The translations under genes were made by a program, and so were the position numbers. The notes beneath the pieces are model-generated. The model was not told the origin of the DNA. It did no database searches and saw only the letters and a program-made list of their open reading frames with translations. A stretch of 41,572 bases of DNA, filler included, from a bacterium (GTDB lineage: Bacteria > JAJRZV01): the NCBI GenBank assembly GCA_024275095.1. It is 2 parts of 2 records of this genome, joined end to end, with 100 filler letters (N's around TTAATTAATTAA, not from the genome) between each part and the next. Parts side by side here need not be neighbours in the genome. Positions count along the whole stretch, not along the records: positions 1 to 31,368 come from JAJRZV010000036.1; 1 more part is not named here. One strand, 5' to 3'. Below, piece after piece: positions 19,219 through 29,532 of this stretch (its first letter is position 1; each line of letters begins with the position of its first letter).

Positions 19219-20110
19219 GGCGTCTTATCTTCTGAATTGAGCAGATTTCATTAAGTACTGCTTCAAACGATTGGTCAGTAAGAATTCTGTGATATAGGCC
19301 TCCCGCGCGGGTACTTTCATCCTCCACAAAACCTGAAAATTTCCTCATGAGTTCCTGGTATCTGTTTCTGAGACGGGTGGCATCCACTTCTATCTCCTTC
19401 TCTTCTTCGAGACCCTTAAAAATGAGATAACCTCGAAACGGGAAATTCCATTCACTTCGGTCAAGTACGTGTAATATTCGAAGGTCGACATTTTTTGTTT
19501 TCATGGTCAGAAATAACTTTAAGTTTTTGTTATAACAATCGAGAAAATCAGAAAAAATAAACACAAGACTCGTGCGTGTAATTAAATGGCAAGCCTCCTC
19601 CACGAAGCTGATAAAGTCCATGGACCCCGCAGGCCCAAGGTTTTCCATTTGCTGGACGATCTGGAGGTAGTGCTGATACCCTCCCCCGGGAGGAACGCTG
19701 TACACACCAGAGGTTGCACCGGGATATATGAGAGAGACACGGTCACCCTGGATGATTCCGAGATAGGCTATTGCTGCAGCCAGTGTCAGGGAATATTCAA
19801 GCTTTGTCATTATACTGGAGGTATAGTTCATAGATCCGCTGGTATCCAGAATGATGAAAATACTGGTACTGGCTTCGTGTTCAAACATTTTCAGAAAATA
19901 TTTGTCAAACTTTGCCGTTGCACGCCAGTCAATATACCGAGGATCATCGCCCGGAACGTACGGACGATGCTCGGAAAATTCGATACTCTGCCCACGGAAG
20001 GCGCTGGGATGTACACCACTGAGCCATCCGTACACGATGAGACGAGCACGTACATCATAGCCCTTAATGTGTGCGAGTACTTCCGGTAGTAATTGAAGGG
20101 TATTATTCAC
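19211..20110 (-). CDS. DUF58 family VWA-like protein
   Basis: GQSIEFSEHRPYVPGDDPRYIDWR, ILDTSGSM, FSDF. Confidence 0.92.
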   Translation of the reverse strand: MNNTLQLLPEVLAHIKGYDVRARLIVYGWLSGVHPSAFRGQSIEFSEHRPYVPGDDPRYIDWRATAKFDKYFLKMFEHEASTSIFIILDTSGSMNYTSSIMTKLEYSLTLAAAIAYLGIIQGDRVSLIYPGATSGVYSVPPGGGYQHYLQIVQQMENLGPAGSMDFISFVEEACHLITRTSLVFIFSDFLDCYNKNLKLFLTMKTKNVDLRILHVLDRSEWNFPFRGYLIFKGLEEEKEIEVDATRLRNRYQELMRKFSGFVEDESTRAGGLYHRILTDQSFEAVLNEICSIQKIRRRV

Positions 20111-21099
20111 ACTCTACCAGCCGCCTCAAGGGTCCACTTGATAATATCATCTGGAGAGATACTATCTGCATGAGCTTTAAAATTAAGAATCAATCGGTGG
20201 CGCAACACATCAAAGGCTATCGCCCTCACGTCACTAACAGACGGTACAGGTTCTCCCCGTATGAACGCGCGACCCTTTGCCGCATATACAAGAAATTGTG
20301 AGGCCCTGGGACCGGGACCCCACCTCACATAGGTTTCAATTTTATCAAAACTTGAAGGATCCCCCGGCCTCATCATCCGAACAATCTTTACCGAGTATTC
20401 AATCACGTGTTCCGGTACCGGGCTGTGTCTGACTACTTTCTGATATTCTAAAATTTCTTCTGGCACTGATATTTTTTCTACAGGCTGAAAGTCATCAACT
20501 GTGGTAAGCCTCACAATTTCTTTCTCTTCGTCCCAGGAGGGGTATGGAAAGTGAACTTCCATCATAAATCGGTCGAGCTGAGCTTCTGGAAGAGGGTATG
20601 TCCCATCCTGTTCAATGGGATTCTGCGTGGCAAATACGTGAAAGGGCGACTCAAGCGGGTATGTCCTGCCTGAGGCGGTAACCTGTCTCTCCTGCATGGC
20701 CTGGAGAGTAGCCGCCTGGGTTTTGGGTGTGGTTCGATTAATTTCATCAGCAAGTACGATATTGGCAAAAATGGGCCCCGGCACAAACCTGAAAGCTTTT
20801 TTTCCCGTGGAGGGGTCTTCTTCCAGCACATCAGTGCCTGTAATGTCAGAAGGCATCAAATCCGGAGTGAATTGAATCCTGGAAAATTTGAGATCGAGTG
20901 CATCTGCGAGCGTACTGACGAGAAGGGTTTTGGCCAGGCCGGGAACTCCCATGAACATTACATGCCCCTGACAGAGAATGGCTGTAATAAGGTTCTCTAT
21001 CACGTTATCAAGTCCCACAATGACTTTATGGAGTTCAACCTTGAGCTTTTCAGCCCACTGTCCAATTCGCTCAGCCAATTTTTCCTGCTCTCTGCTCAT
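20107..21099 (-). CDS. moxR: MoxR family AAA+ ATPase
   Basis: GVPGLAKT, RIQFTPDLMPSDITG, LADEINR, ATQNPIEQDGTYPLPEAQLDRF. Confidence 0.95.
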   Translation of the reverse strand: MSREQEKLAERIGQWAEKLKVELHKVIVGLDNVIENLITAILCQGHVMFMGVPGLAKTLLVSTLADALDLKFSRIQFTPDLMPSDITGTDVLEEDPSTGKKAFRFVPGPIFANIVLADEINRTTPKTQAATLQAMQERQVTASGRTYPLESPFHVFATQNPIEQDGTYPLPEAQLDRFMMEVHFPYPSWDEEKEIVRLTTVDDFQPVEKISVPEEILEYQKVVRHSPVPEHVIEYSVKIVRMMRPGDPSSFDKIETYVRWGPGPRASQFLVYAAKGRAFIRGEPVPSVSDVRAIAFDVLRHRLILNFKAHADSISPDDIIKWTLEAAGRV

Positions 21100-21188
21100 C
21101 CATCACCTCCGTCCGGTTACCACATGTATGTACACACTTGGTTAGGTTTTACCAGATAGCACTTTCATCTTGCCAGCCCTGCTTAATC

Positions 21189-22754
21189 TCAACGGCGGTC
21201 CAAAATAAAATTTTCCAGAAATTCAATAACACGTTTCTCCCGTGCTATACGAGACGAATCGCCTTTCTTTTCGTAACATTGCAAGAGAAATTCATGAACT
21301 TCTGGGTGAAACGGATTGATGTAAAGCGCTTCGAGAAGGTATGGTTCTGCTTCCTTGCAGGCCCCGGCGGAAGCCATTGCCCTGCCCAACCGGTAATTGG
21401 TGGTGAAAAGTCCAGGATACAAATTGTAAGCCTTTTTGAAATACCTTACCGCCTCCCGGTTTTCTCCTCCCCGGTCCAGGGCGAGCCCTAACTTGTTCAA
21501 TACAACGACGTCTTCACCGCTGTTGGCAATGGACTTTTTGTACTCTTCTGCTGCCGCTATATAGAATCCCTGCCTCATGAGCAAATCGCCCAGACGCATA
21601 TAAGGTCGCTTCTTTGGAGAAAAGTTAAGTTCTGCTTCTTCGATGTCCCCTTGACCTTTATCTCTCAAACGAGGTTGATAAGGCACGTATACTTCGGTAG
21701 CAATTTCTACATCTTTTTCCAGGGCTTTGCGCCATTCTTCGAGCACATCTTCCCGGCTTTTTCCGACAACATCCATAAAAGCCTCGTCTTCCTTGCCTCC
21801 TCGAGTGGCCATTGCCTGGAGAAGCTGGAGCAAGCCTCGTGTGCCCAGTTTTTTCGCCACCCAGCCGGTAAAATGGGTCACTTCTGCAAATGCAAGGGCC
21901 GCATCTTCTGAAGATGGCAACTTTGCTATTGATGGATACATGTCCCGAAATTCTATAAATCTCCCTTCTTTCATGGCACGTTTGAGCACGCTTAAATACT
22001 CATCTTCTACTACCTGTGGAAGGCCCACTTCACCCCGCCATAGTGTTTCAAAATGTTTGGCCACGCCCTCATTAAGCCATAGTGGAATCGTATCGCCGAA
22101 CAAGCGCTTTTCAACATAATGCACAAGTTCATGATTGGCAGTATCCGCCCAGTGGTAGCCTCGACTGTACAGCCAGGGAGAAGTAATGAAAATCTTTGCG
22201 TATTTACACAATGCCACAGTGCCTGTCCGCCTGATCTCTATTTCCTTGAGAGGAGAGGCCAGTGCAAACAACTGAATATCAGGCATTACTTCTACCAGAA
22301 TTTTATTTTCGGTCCGAAACCCAAGAACCTTTGAGAGCCCTTCATAGGCGGCCTCCAGCACATCAGTTAAATAAAGCACAAACGGGATGTCCTGTCGGGG
22401 ATCGTAACGAATTCGGAAATGCTCGGTCTCGATTACCTCGAAGTCTTTTACAATGGATACCATATTTTCAGAGAGTTCGTAGAATTCTTTCAGACGAGGT
22501 ACTTCTGCAATCGTCTTTTCCGGAATCCTCTCGAAGGCTGATACGGCCTGTGCATAATCTCCTTCACAAAATGCAAGTTCTCCCGAGAGAATGAGAAAAT
22601 CGATCCCGTTCAGTTGTGGTGCGTACTCAGAGAGAATTTCTGCCGCACCATGAACGTCCCACATGTTTAACAGGTTGTGGAATTGTTGAAAAATGCCCTC
22701 GTGAGTGTAAACACCCAAAAAAGCCACGAAGAAAATATTACTCAACGAGCTCAC
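21189..22754 (-). CDS. Zinc metallopeptidase (MA clan-like) with TPR repeats
   Basis: HELVH followed by WLNEGVA (gluzincin-type third ligand); TPR-like helices at both ends; hydrophobic N-terminus. Confidence 0.8.
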   Translation of the reverse strand: MSSLSNIFFVAFLGVYTHEGIFQQFHNLLNMWDVHGAAEILSEYAPQLNGIDFLILSGELAFCEGDYAQAVSAFERIPEKTIAEVPRLKEFYELSENMVSIVKDFEVIETEHFRIRYDPRQDIPFVLYLTDVLEAAYEGLSKVLGFRTENKILVEVMPDIQLFALASPLKEIEIRRTGTVALCKYAKIFITSPWLYSRGYHWADTANHELVHYVEKRLFGDTIPLWLNEGVAKHFETLWRGEVGLPQVVEDEYLSVLKRAMKEGRFIEFRDMYPSIAKLPSSEDAALAFAEVTHFTGWVAKKLGTRGLLQLLQAMATRGGKEDEAFMDVVGKSREDVLEEWRKALEKDVEIATEVYVPYQPRLRDKGQGDIEEAELNFSPKKRPYMRLGDLLMRQGFYIAAAEEYKKSIANSGEDVVVLNKLGLALDRGGENREAVRYFKKAYNLYPGLFTTNYRLGRAMASAGACKEAEPYLLEALYINPFHPEVHEFLLQCYEKKGDSSRIAREKRVIEFLENFILDRR

Positions 22755-25563
22755 GGTAGTACCTCAGGTTCTTCTCTTTTTCTTCCCGGGGCAGTCCCTG
22801 TTGTAGAGCTCTTTGGAGTTTTTTCCGGAACTTTTCCTTCGCAAGATATTTCTCTTTTTCGGGAATTTTCACAACACCTCTGCGAACATCGCCCCCCAAA
22901 CCGTATTCTTCTTCTCCCCCCAGTAGCCACATGAAATTTTGTTTGGACTCCATCTGCTTTCGAAGCTTCTCCATCTCCTGGCGGGCCTCTTCCAGCCTTT
23001 GAATGACATTTAACTCTTTTTTCAGGGCTTCCGCCTGCGGGCCTTCAACAATCTTTTTCTGAGCACCCTTCGCATATTTTAATGCCTCCTCGAGCATCTG
23101 GGTTAAAGGTTCTGAATCAAGCTCATCCGCTTTACGCAAAAGTTTTCCAAGGCGATGAGCAATTTCTCCTTCTTTCTGAGAAAGCTTCTGGCCATTTTCG
23201 CTCTCTAAACCCAATTCGAGAAGTTCATCGAGCAGTTGTTTGGCCTCGTGGAGCGGTACTTCCACTTCGCTTCCATGCCTCTTCCGGGGCATTGTCGAAG
23301 AAATTGCCTTGACCATTTTTTCAAGGGAGAGCATTTTTTCACTTGCATTTTCCAGGTCTCCTTCCTCTATCAAATTTTTAACTTTCTCAAAGAGTTGAGA
23401 GGCGAAATTAATGAATCCTCTCATGGTGGTCTTTCTTTCTTCAGCCTGCTGAACCTTCTGGAATTCGCGTGTTGAATTCTCAAATTTCCGTTTCAGCTCC
23501 TCCATCATCTTTTTCACATCTTCTCCTTCCATACCCCGGGGAAGAGCCAGTTGGTTTATGTGTTCCTGCATCAGCATCTTCTGTGACTCTCGAAGTGCTT
23601 CAATCTCAGATGCCACCTCAGCAAATGTTCTCATTGTCTGCATTCCACCCATGGCCATCTGGAACCTGATGTTATCAAGAGAATCAGACAATTTTTCAAG
23701 CTCCTGAAAGTACCTTTGCAGAAGCTGACGCGCTTTCTGCACATCTCCCTTTTCGAGTGCTTCCCGGATGGCCTTTAATAGTGAGGCATACTGATCTGCC
23801 TGTTGCACGCGGTTTACGTCCTTAGAGTTAAGAAATTCATCGGGAAACTGTGCCATGTGTTGTGCAAGCCGTGTCAGGAGTTCCTTCAGGCGGTTTTCTA
23901 ACAGTTGAAGCTGCTGTAATATCCTGGCTGGGTCTTCACCCTTCTCAAGGGCTGCAATAAGCTCTTCTTTCTTTTTTAATACCTTCTCAATTTCTCTTCG
24001 AATAAGACGTAAAGTCTCTTCACGAATGGTGTCATCAACCTGAATGAGAAATTTCTCGGTTTGCTCTATTTCCCTGGAACACACCATGTCAAAGTAGCTC
24101 CTTGCCACGCTTGAACGCCTCTCAAGCACTGCTTCCTGTAACTGCCTGTATGCAGAATCCAGTGGTGCTACAATCTCCACTGCTCCGGGAATATCCTTCA
24201 GATATTTGCGTGCTGTCTCGTAAAGTTGAAAAAGTTCTTTTTCCATATCATCGAGATGTTCGAGTTTCTTCTTGAGTTTTCGGATATTTCGTCTCTCCTG
24301 TTTCATAACTTTTTCTATCTGAAACCCGAGAATTCCCACGCCCTTATCCAGAACCTCAGAAAGCATGTTCAAAAACATTTTCATGCTTTTGAGAGGGCTC
24401 AGAAATTCAATGGAAAACACTCGAGACCGCCCTGTGGCGCCTTCTTCTACAAACGGATTGTTGTCGTGAACTTCAATCCAGGCATCCACGGTCTCCGCTT
24501 CTGGAAGCGAGCTCAGGTCCCACTGATATGTATACAATATGTGGCTTTTACCCTTGCGAATTTTCAAAGGTTCACGGACAACATCTCCTCCATCCAGAGA
24601 ATAGGCCAGGTACGCCTTCTCAATCCCGTAATCATCTCGACTTTCAAAGGTCACGGAAACTCTTTCCGGTTTACGCAGGGTCAAATCCTTTTCGGGCTTG
24701 AGAAGCCTCACCGTGGGTTTCTCATCACGTATCACGGTCATCTCAATACTTCGCTTATCCACAAACCATCTGACTCCTATAAGCCCTTCAACTCTAAACG
24801 ACTGGTGACCTTCTTCAGCAATGGATACTTGACAGTTGAACTGTCTATTCTTTTTTTGCACACAGGCGTACAAAGGCATCTCGTCCTTCTTTAACCGAAT
24901 TTCGCGCACGTCTTTTTCTGCTGTGATATCAACCTCTACCAGTGAACCTACCGGAAGAGATACCGGCACGGAGAACAGAGGCACTTCGAATTTACTGAGT
25001 GAGGTATACTGTGGGGGTTCCACTTTGAGAGTTCCTGAAGCCACAAGCTTCTTAGAGGGGCCTGACGTGGATGGAAGAATGACAAATGCAACAGCAGCAA
25101 AGATGAGGGATGAGATACCAGCACCAAGTGATACAGTCCCGGGAAACACACGGATGATAGTACGACTTTTAATATCCGCCAGTCTCTTTTCCAGCGAATG
25201 CAAGAATTCATCCAGTTCTCTGTTCCAGATGTCGTCATGTTCGTGAAGTTGCTTTTCATGCAAAAGATTTACAGCCGCATACACAGGCTCGGCCACGTCT
25301 GGATCCTTTTCATACAAATAGCGCGATACTTTTTTGGCGGATTTAAAAAACAAAACTCTGAGACCCCACAATCCAAGAAACGTGAAAGAAAAAATTATTA
25401 CTGCTACTACCGGATTAAAGGTGTAAGAAAAAAGAACAGCGCCCAGCAGGTAAACTGTGGAAATGAATCCACTCCAACATACACTTTCCACGAAGAAGCG
25501 GATGAACAGTTTTATTCGCTGGTGTTTTAAATAAACAGCAAGGTATGGTGGAAGGTGTTTCAT
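22738..25563 (-). CDS. DUF4175-like membrane-anchored protein with a long coiled-coil C-terminus
   Basis: Three N-terminal TMs, PPQYT, DEKPTV, DDYGI and DNN motifs, long Q/E/K helical region, terminal YYREL. Confidence 0.75.
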   Translation of the reverse strand: MKHLPPYLAVYLKHQRIKLFIRFFVESVCWSGFISTVYLLGAVLFSYTFNPVVAVIIFSFTFLGLWGLRVLFFKSAKKVSRYLYEKDPDVAEPVYAAVNLLHEKQLHEHDDIWNRELDEFLHSLEKRLADIKSRTIIRVFPGTVSLGAGISSLIFAAVAFVILPSTSGPSKKLVASGTLKVEPPQYTSLSKFEVPLFSVPVSLPVGSLVEVDITAEKDVREIRLKKDEMPLYACVQKKNRQFNCQVSIAEEGHQSFRVEGLIGVRWFVDKRSIEMTVIRDEKPTVRLLKPEKDLTLRKPERVSVTFESRDDYGIEKAYLAYSLDGGDVVREPLKIRKGKSHILYTYQWDLSSLPEAETVDAWIEVHDNNPFVEEGATGRSRVFSIEFLSPLKSMKMFLNMLSEVLDKGVGILGFQIEKVMKQERRNIRKLKKKLEHLDDMEKELFQLYETARKYLKDIPGAVEIVAPLDSAYRQLQEAVLERRSSVARSYFDMVCSREIEQTEKFLIQVDDTIREETLRLIRREIEKVLKKKEELIAALEKGEDPARILQQLQLLENRLKELLTRLAQHMAQFPDEFLNSKDVNRVQQADQYASLLKAIREALEKGDVQKARQLLQRYFQELEKLSDSLDNIRFQMAMGGMQTMRTFAEVASEIEALRESQKMLMQEHINQLALPRGMEGEDVKKMMEELKRKFENSTREFQKVQQAEERKTTMRGFINFASQLFEKVKNLIEEGDLENASEKMLSLEKMVKAISSTMPRKRHGSEVEVPLHEAKQLLDELLELGLESENGQKLSQKEGEIAHRLGKLLRKADELDSEPLTQMLEEALKYAKGAQKKIVEGPQAEALKKELNVIQRLEEARQEMEKLRKQMESKQNFMWLLGGEEEYGLGGDVRRGVVKIPEKEKYLAKEKFRKKLQRALQQGLPREEKEKNLRYYRELVE

Positions 25564-26522
25564 TATCTATATCTTATATTAGCTGTAAATTTTGAAAGTT
25601 CTTCAGCCTCGGTTTTATCAATATGAGAAAGACTGTATACTGCCACCCCAACGAAAGACGGTGTAAAAAAAGAAGGTTCAGAAAAGGCCTCGAGCACTCC
25701 TTTCAATGCGTTCTTTACATTCTCAACAGCGGGATTGTGCTTGACAGTGGGTTGATAATATGCAGGAATACCTGCTGTTACACTGCATCCTCCCTGGGCA
25801 GCGACGGCACTGAGCTTTACCAGTGATTGGCGGAGGTACTTTATGTAATCACTTATTTTATAAAACCCTGTGTCGTAATACATTACCACCAGTTCATCTA
25901 CAACAAAGCATAAGCGTTCCAACTCATTTACATCCCAGAAATCTTTCCTTACTTCCTCAGATACGGGGAATTCTTTTAACAGCAACTTGGGAGCAGCAAC
26001 GCCGATTTTTACACCGTGGAGATGTTGGCGAAGATAGGAAAAAAAATTGATGCTCTCATCCACGGGGAAAAGAGGTTCGACATCCAGATGAATTTCTGAT
26101 TGAGAAGTTACGCGCAAAACGCCTGCAATCTCTTTTAAATAGAGCGGAAAATTCCTGCTTTTTAGAGGTGCTTTACGAGTATTCAACCCGATCCATGGTA
26201 CCACCTGAAAGTCACTGTTCCAGTTTTGTATAAACTTCTGAAACTGCCGAAGCATTGCAAGATCAGAAGATACAAAAGAAGACGGGGATCTGAATCGCCC
26301 TGCACGGACAAAAAGCCTTAAGATCCCCATTTCTTCCAGGTGTTTGGCAAGGTCTCTTATGCGTTTAAAATCTCTCGGCAGGCTCTTCTCAAGGGCCCAT
26401 GCAGAATGCACAAACACACTTGATGGAGGCGATGATGAAGAAGGAGCTTGAGGTCGGGAATATCCCGTAAGTGTAGAAGAAATAACCTGAAGTCCAGCGA
26501 TCCAGATAGCGATCTTCATCAT
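25563..26522 (-). CDS. Secreted glycoside hydrolase family 18-like protein
   Basis: Signal-like N-terminus plus S/P linker, IHLDVEP (DxE), VMYYD, GIPAY; TAATG overlap with the next gene. Confidence 0.6.
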   Translation of the reverse strand: MMKIAIWIAGLQVISSTLTGYSRPQAPSSSSPPSSVFVHSAWALEKSLPRDFKRIRDLAKHLEEMGILRLFVRAGRFRSPSSFVSSDLAMLRQFQKFIQNWNSDFQVVPWIGLNTRKAPLKSRNFPLYLKEIAGVLRVTSQSEIHLDVEPLFPVDESINFFSYLRQHLHGVKIGVAAPKLLLKEFPVSEEVRKDFWDVNELERLCFVVDELVVMYYDTGFYKISDYIKYLRQSLVKLSAVAAQGGCSVTAGIPAYYQPTVKHNPAVENVKNALKGVLEAFSEPSFFTPSFVGVAVYSLSHIDKTEAEELSKFTANIRYR

Positions 26523-26618
26523 ATCTTATTTCATTATCTTGCATGTAGGGAGTAAATAACAATAACGATGACCTCAGAAAAGGCCACGAAATAGAACTGT
26601 CATATAGACGAAAAAACG

Positions 26619-28250
26619 TTACTGGCCTGGTTTCGGTGTTCCCCCTCCATAATTGGTGCCATCACTGATGTTTTCGGGATCCAGGGCCTGTTTGATTCTC
26701 TGCTGCCAGGCATGGAAATTCATATAACGTTTACTTATTTCCTTTACTCTCTCCCATGGAGTAAGCGAGGCATCACCAACGCACAGTCCGATATCGTTGG
26801 GTTCAAATCCAAGTTTTTCTTCCAGCCGTGTCGTGCGCTCTTCTTCAATAGCTTTCCGTGAGGCTTCCACTGAATCCGGCAAAGCGGCATCGTAATGAAA
26901 TTCCATTTCCATGTATATATATGCACCGTGGTCAAATGAGTTGTGATAGGTGGAATCATCCCCATCAAAAAGTATAGCCCCTTTTTCCATGTATTTCTTC
27001 TTCAGTTTCTCGGCAGGTACTCCCATGTGCCTTACAACAGCGTCTGTATTACCCATATACCCGGCACTGATAACAAATCCCCCCTGGTGGTGGATGAAGT
27101 GTGTATCATTACCAAAGAGGGCAACAGGCATTTCCTGTTTCATGAGATCTGCAAAGGGACCTTCCAGAAAAGGCGGCAAAATTTTGCCGCCCGTCTCCTC
27201 AATAATATCCATCAATACAGCCTTTTTATATTCGAATTCTTCTTTAGTACGGGCGAATATAAGAACGATGCAGGGATGCTTGACCTCTTCTTCGAGAATC
27301 TGCAAAAATCCTGACTCGTGGTAATTTTCAAAAATCTCCTGGTTTGAAAGGGAACCGAACATGGATGTCATGTGGGCGATTCCACCGGCTCGAACAAGGC
27401 TGTAAGCGATTTCACTTTCCCCTGCTTTTACCATAAAATCAGCCAGGGCCTCATACGTGTCGAACGAGGGGGCAAACAGCTCCATGAACTCTGGGATCTC
27501 GTCCAGGCGATAATAAAGCATCAATCCTCCGCTACGTGTCTTCAGCTCAGGTGGTCCGGGCCAGTGATGAAGCTTGATGCCCACTTTGGTAAACACACCC
27601 AGGGCACCCTGGGCCCCGCAGTAACCGCGCATGATTCCCCTGAGTGAAGGGCCCGGGCCGTCCCCGGAGAACCAGCCCTCAGGAGGCCCGAGCTTGAGGA
27701 GCTCTCCAGTGGGCAACACCCATTCCACGGCCAAGCAGTTGCGACCGTTATGTCCCCCGTGATTTCCAAAGGTGTTCATGCCCCAGCCGGAAGTAACATT
27801 GGCAAGTACGGACGCCTGCGAACCCGCCTGTACGGGTGTGGTGAAATATCCTTTTTTCATCACTTCCGCGGCAAGCTGGGCCCACGTAACATAGGGCTCA
27901 ACCACTGCGTAACCTTGTTCCTCGTTGATCTCCACGATCCTGTTCATCCTGCGCAAATCAAGCACCACAACGTTTCCCTGACCGGGAAGGGAGTGGCTTC
28001 CGTAACCGGTGCTCAGTGCCTTGTATTTAACCCCGTAACGATTGCAGATCTTTACTACCTGCTGCACCTCTTCCACGCTACCGGGTAAAACCACGGCAGC
28101 AGGCCTGTGCGGCATATACTTGCAGGGCGCCGCACCTGGTAAAAATTCAGTCAGCCAGTTGAAAGAATAAGTTTCGAGAACCACGGGATCGTCGCTGATA
28201 AATTCCTGGCCCACCACATCCGCCATTGCTTTATACACATTCCTGTCCAC
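26619..28250 (-). CDS. FAD-binding oxidoreductase (VAO/PCMH, GlcD-like family)
   Basis: PAAVVLPGSVEEVQQVVK, LDLRRMNRI, VVEPYVT, LGVFTK, IKQALDPEN. Confidence 0.85.
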   Translation of the reverse strand: MDRNVYKAMADVVGQEFISDDPVVLETYSFNWLTEFLPGAAPCKYMPHRPAAVVLPGSVEEVQQVVKICNRYGVKYKALSTGYGSHSLPGQGNVVVLDLRRMNRIVEINEEQGYAVVEPYVTWAQLAAEVMKKGYFTTPVQAGSQASVLANVTSGWGMNTFGNHGGHNGRNCLAVEWVLPTGELLKLGPPEGWFSGDGPGPSLRGIMRGYCGAQGALGVFTKVGIKLHHWPGPPELKTRSGGLMLYYRLDEIPEFMELFAPSFDTYEALADFMVKAGESEIAYSLVRAGGIAHMTSMFGSLSNQEIFENYHESGFLQILEEEVKHPCIVLIFARTKEEFEYKKAVLMDIIEETGGKILPPFLEGPFADLMKQEMPVALFGNDTHFIHHQGGFVISAGYMGNTDAVVRHMGVPAEKLKKKYMEKGAILFDGDDSTYHNSFDHGAYIYMEMEFHYDAALPDSVEASRKAIEEERTTRLEEKLGFEPNDIGLCVGDASLTPWERVKEISKRYMNFHAWQQRIKQALDPENISDGTNYGGGTPKPGQ

Positions 28251-28251
28251 G

Positions 28252-29532
28252 TCACACCTCCCCGCCGGTAATTACGTCCGTAATGTCGAGTATCCGCAGG
28301 CCCGCCCTCGCCTGTTCCACAGCATCCTGAAGGTTCTTCTCGCACCAGGGGCATGCTGTAACCAGAACGCCGGCTCCCGTTGATACGGCTTCCTGTATTC
28401 TCTCTCCCGAAGCAAAAGAGGCAAGGTCCGGAACCCCGGTTTTTACCCCTCCCCCTGCGCCACAGCACCACGCGTACTCCCTTCGCCTCTCCATCTCTTT
28501 ACCCTCTGCACCAAGGGCATCAAGCAGGGCTCTGGGCTCATCACAAATGCCTTTGGCACCCATGGCTTTGGGAATCTCCTTCACCGGCATGGTCCCGAGA
28601 ACATACTTTTCGCGACCGTGGGATGGCTCGCGCCGCTCCCCCAGTCGTCCCAGGTGGCACGGGTCGTGATACGTCACCTGTCCACCGTTCCATCGGGCGG
28701 GAGAAAGTTTCCCCTTCTGTAACAACTCGTAAAAGACCTGCACCGTATGCTTCACTTCAAAATTCATCTTCACACCGAGACGCGGGTACTTGGACTTGAA
28801 CATGCTGTAACATCCCGCACATGACGTTACTACAGTTTCAACTCCAAGCTCGTTGAACAACTCGATATTTGCGCGGCCCACCTCCTCGAAAAGACTTGTC
28901 ACGCCCACCATGTATGCCGGTGACACACAACAGACTTCGTTGCGTCCCAGGATGCCGAAATCTACCCCTGCAGTTTGAAATATGCGGGCAGTATTTATTG
29001 CCACCCGTTGAAGTTCCGGGTCGTAAGAATAAGTACAACCTACGTAATAGAGCACATCGGCCTTTACTTTTTTTCCATCAAGTATTTTCACATCCAGGTC
29101 TTTAGCCCATCTCTCACGGCGTGCCCGCGGTTGCATCCACACATTTCCGTAATTTTTAATACTTTCGATAATTGGGCGGTGTGCTTCCAGGGGCCCCTCC
29201 CCTTTCTCTACAAGATGGACACGGAACTCATGCAGAATTTCCAGTACTTCCATATCCGTGCCAATCTTACAGGCATGGTCACACAAGCCGCACAGCGTGC
29301 ACGCGTAAACAACATCGCGCAGTTTCGGAGAAGGTGTTATTCGACCCTCCAGCAGCGAGAGGGCCAATATGAGCTTTCCTCCAGCAGAATAGGAATGAAA
29401 ATGATAGCGGGCAATAGCCGGACATCCATAAGCGAAGCGCCAGGACTTGATAATGGAAGAGAGCGGTATGAATTTACACACCGAACACCTGGCACATCTG
29501 ACCATATCCTTTTTGTAATCCTTGAGCGCCAC
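28252..29532 (-). CDS. Fe-S oxidoreductase (GlcF/GlpC/HdrD family, two CCG domains)
   Basis: CARCSVC, CTLCGLCDHAC, YVGC, EVCC, SCAGC, YHDPCHLGR, CCGAGGG, TACPWC. Confidence 0.9.
   Translation of the reverse strand: MALKDYKKDMVRCARCSVCKFIPLSSIIKSWRFAYGCPAIARYHFHSYSAGGKLILALSLLEGRITPSPKLRDVVYACTLCGLCDHACKIGTDMEVLEILHEFRVHLVEKGEGPLEAHRPIIESIKNYGNVWMQPRARRERWAKDLDVKILDGKKVKADVLYYVGCTYSYDPELQRVAINTARIFQTAGVDFGILGRNEVCCVSPAYMVGVTSLFEEVGRANIELFNELGVETVVTSCAGCYSMFKSKYPRLGVKMNFEVKHTVQVFYELLQKGKLSPARWNGGQVTYHDPCHLGRLGERREPSHGREKYVLGTMPVKEIPKAMGAKGICDEPRALLDALGAEGKEMERRREYAWCCGAGGGVKTGVPDLASFASGERIQEAVSTGAGVLVTACPWCEKNLQDAVEQARAGLRILDITDVITGGEV

Noticed and set aside
21150..21180. TGGCA...TGC upstream of moxR resembling a sigma-54 promoter
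   Set aside because: GG to GC spacing is 12 nt, not the required 10.
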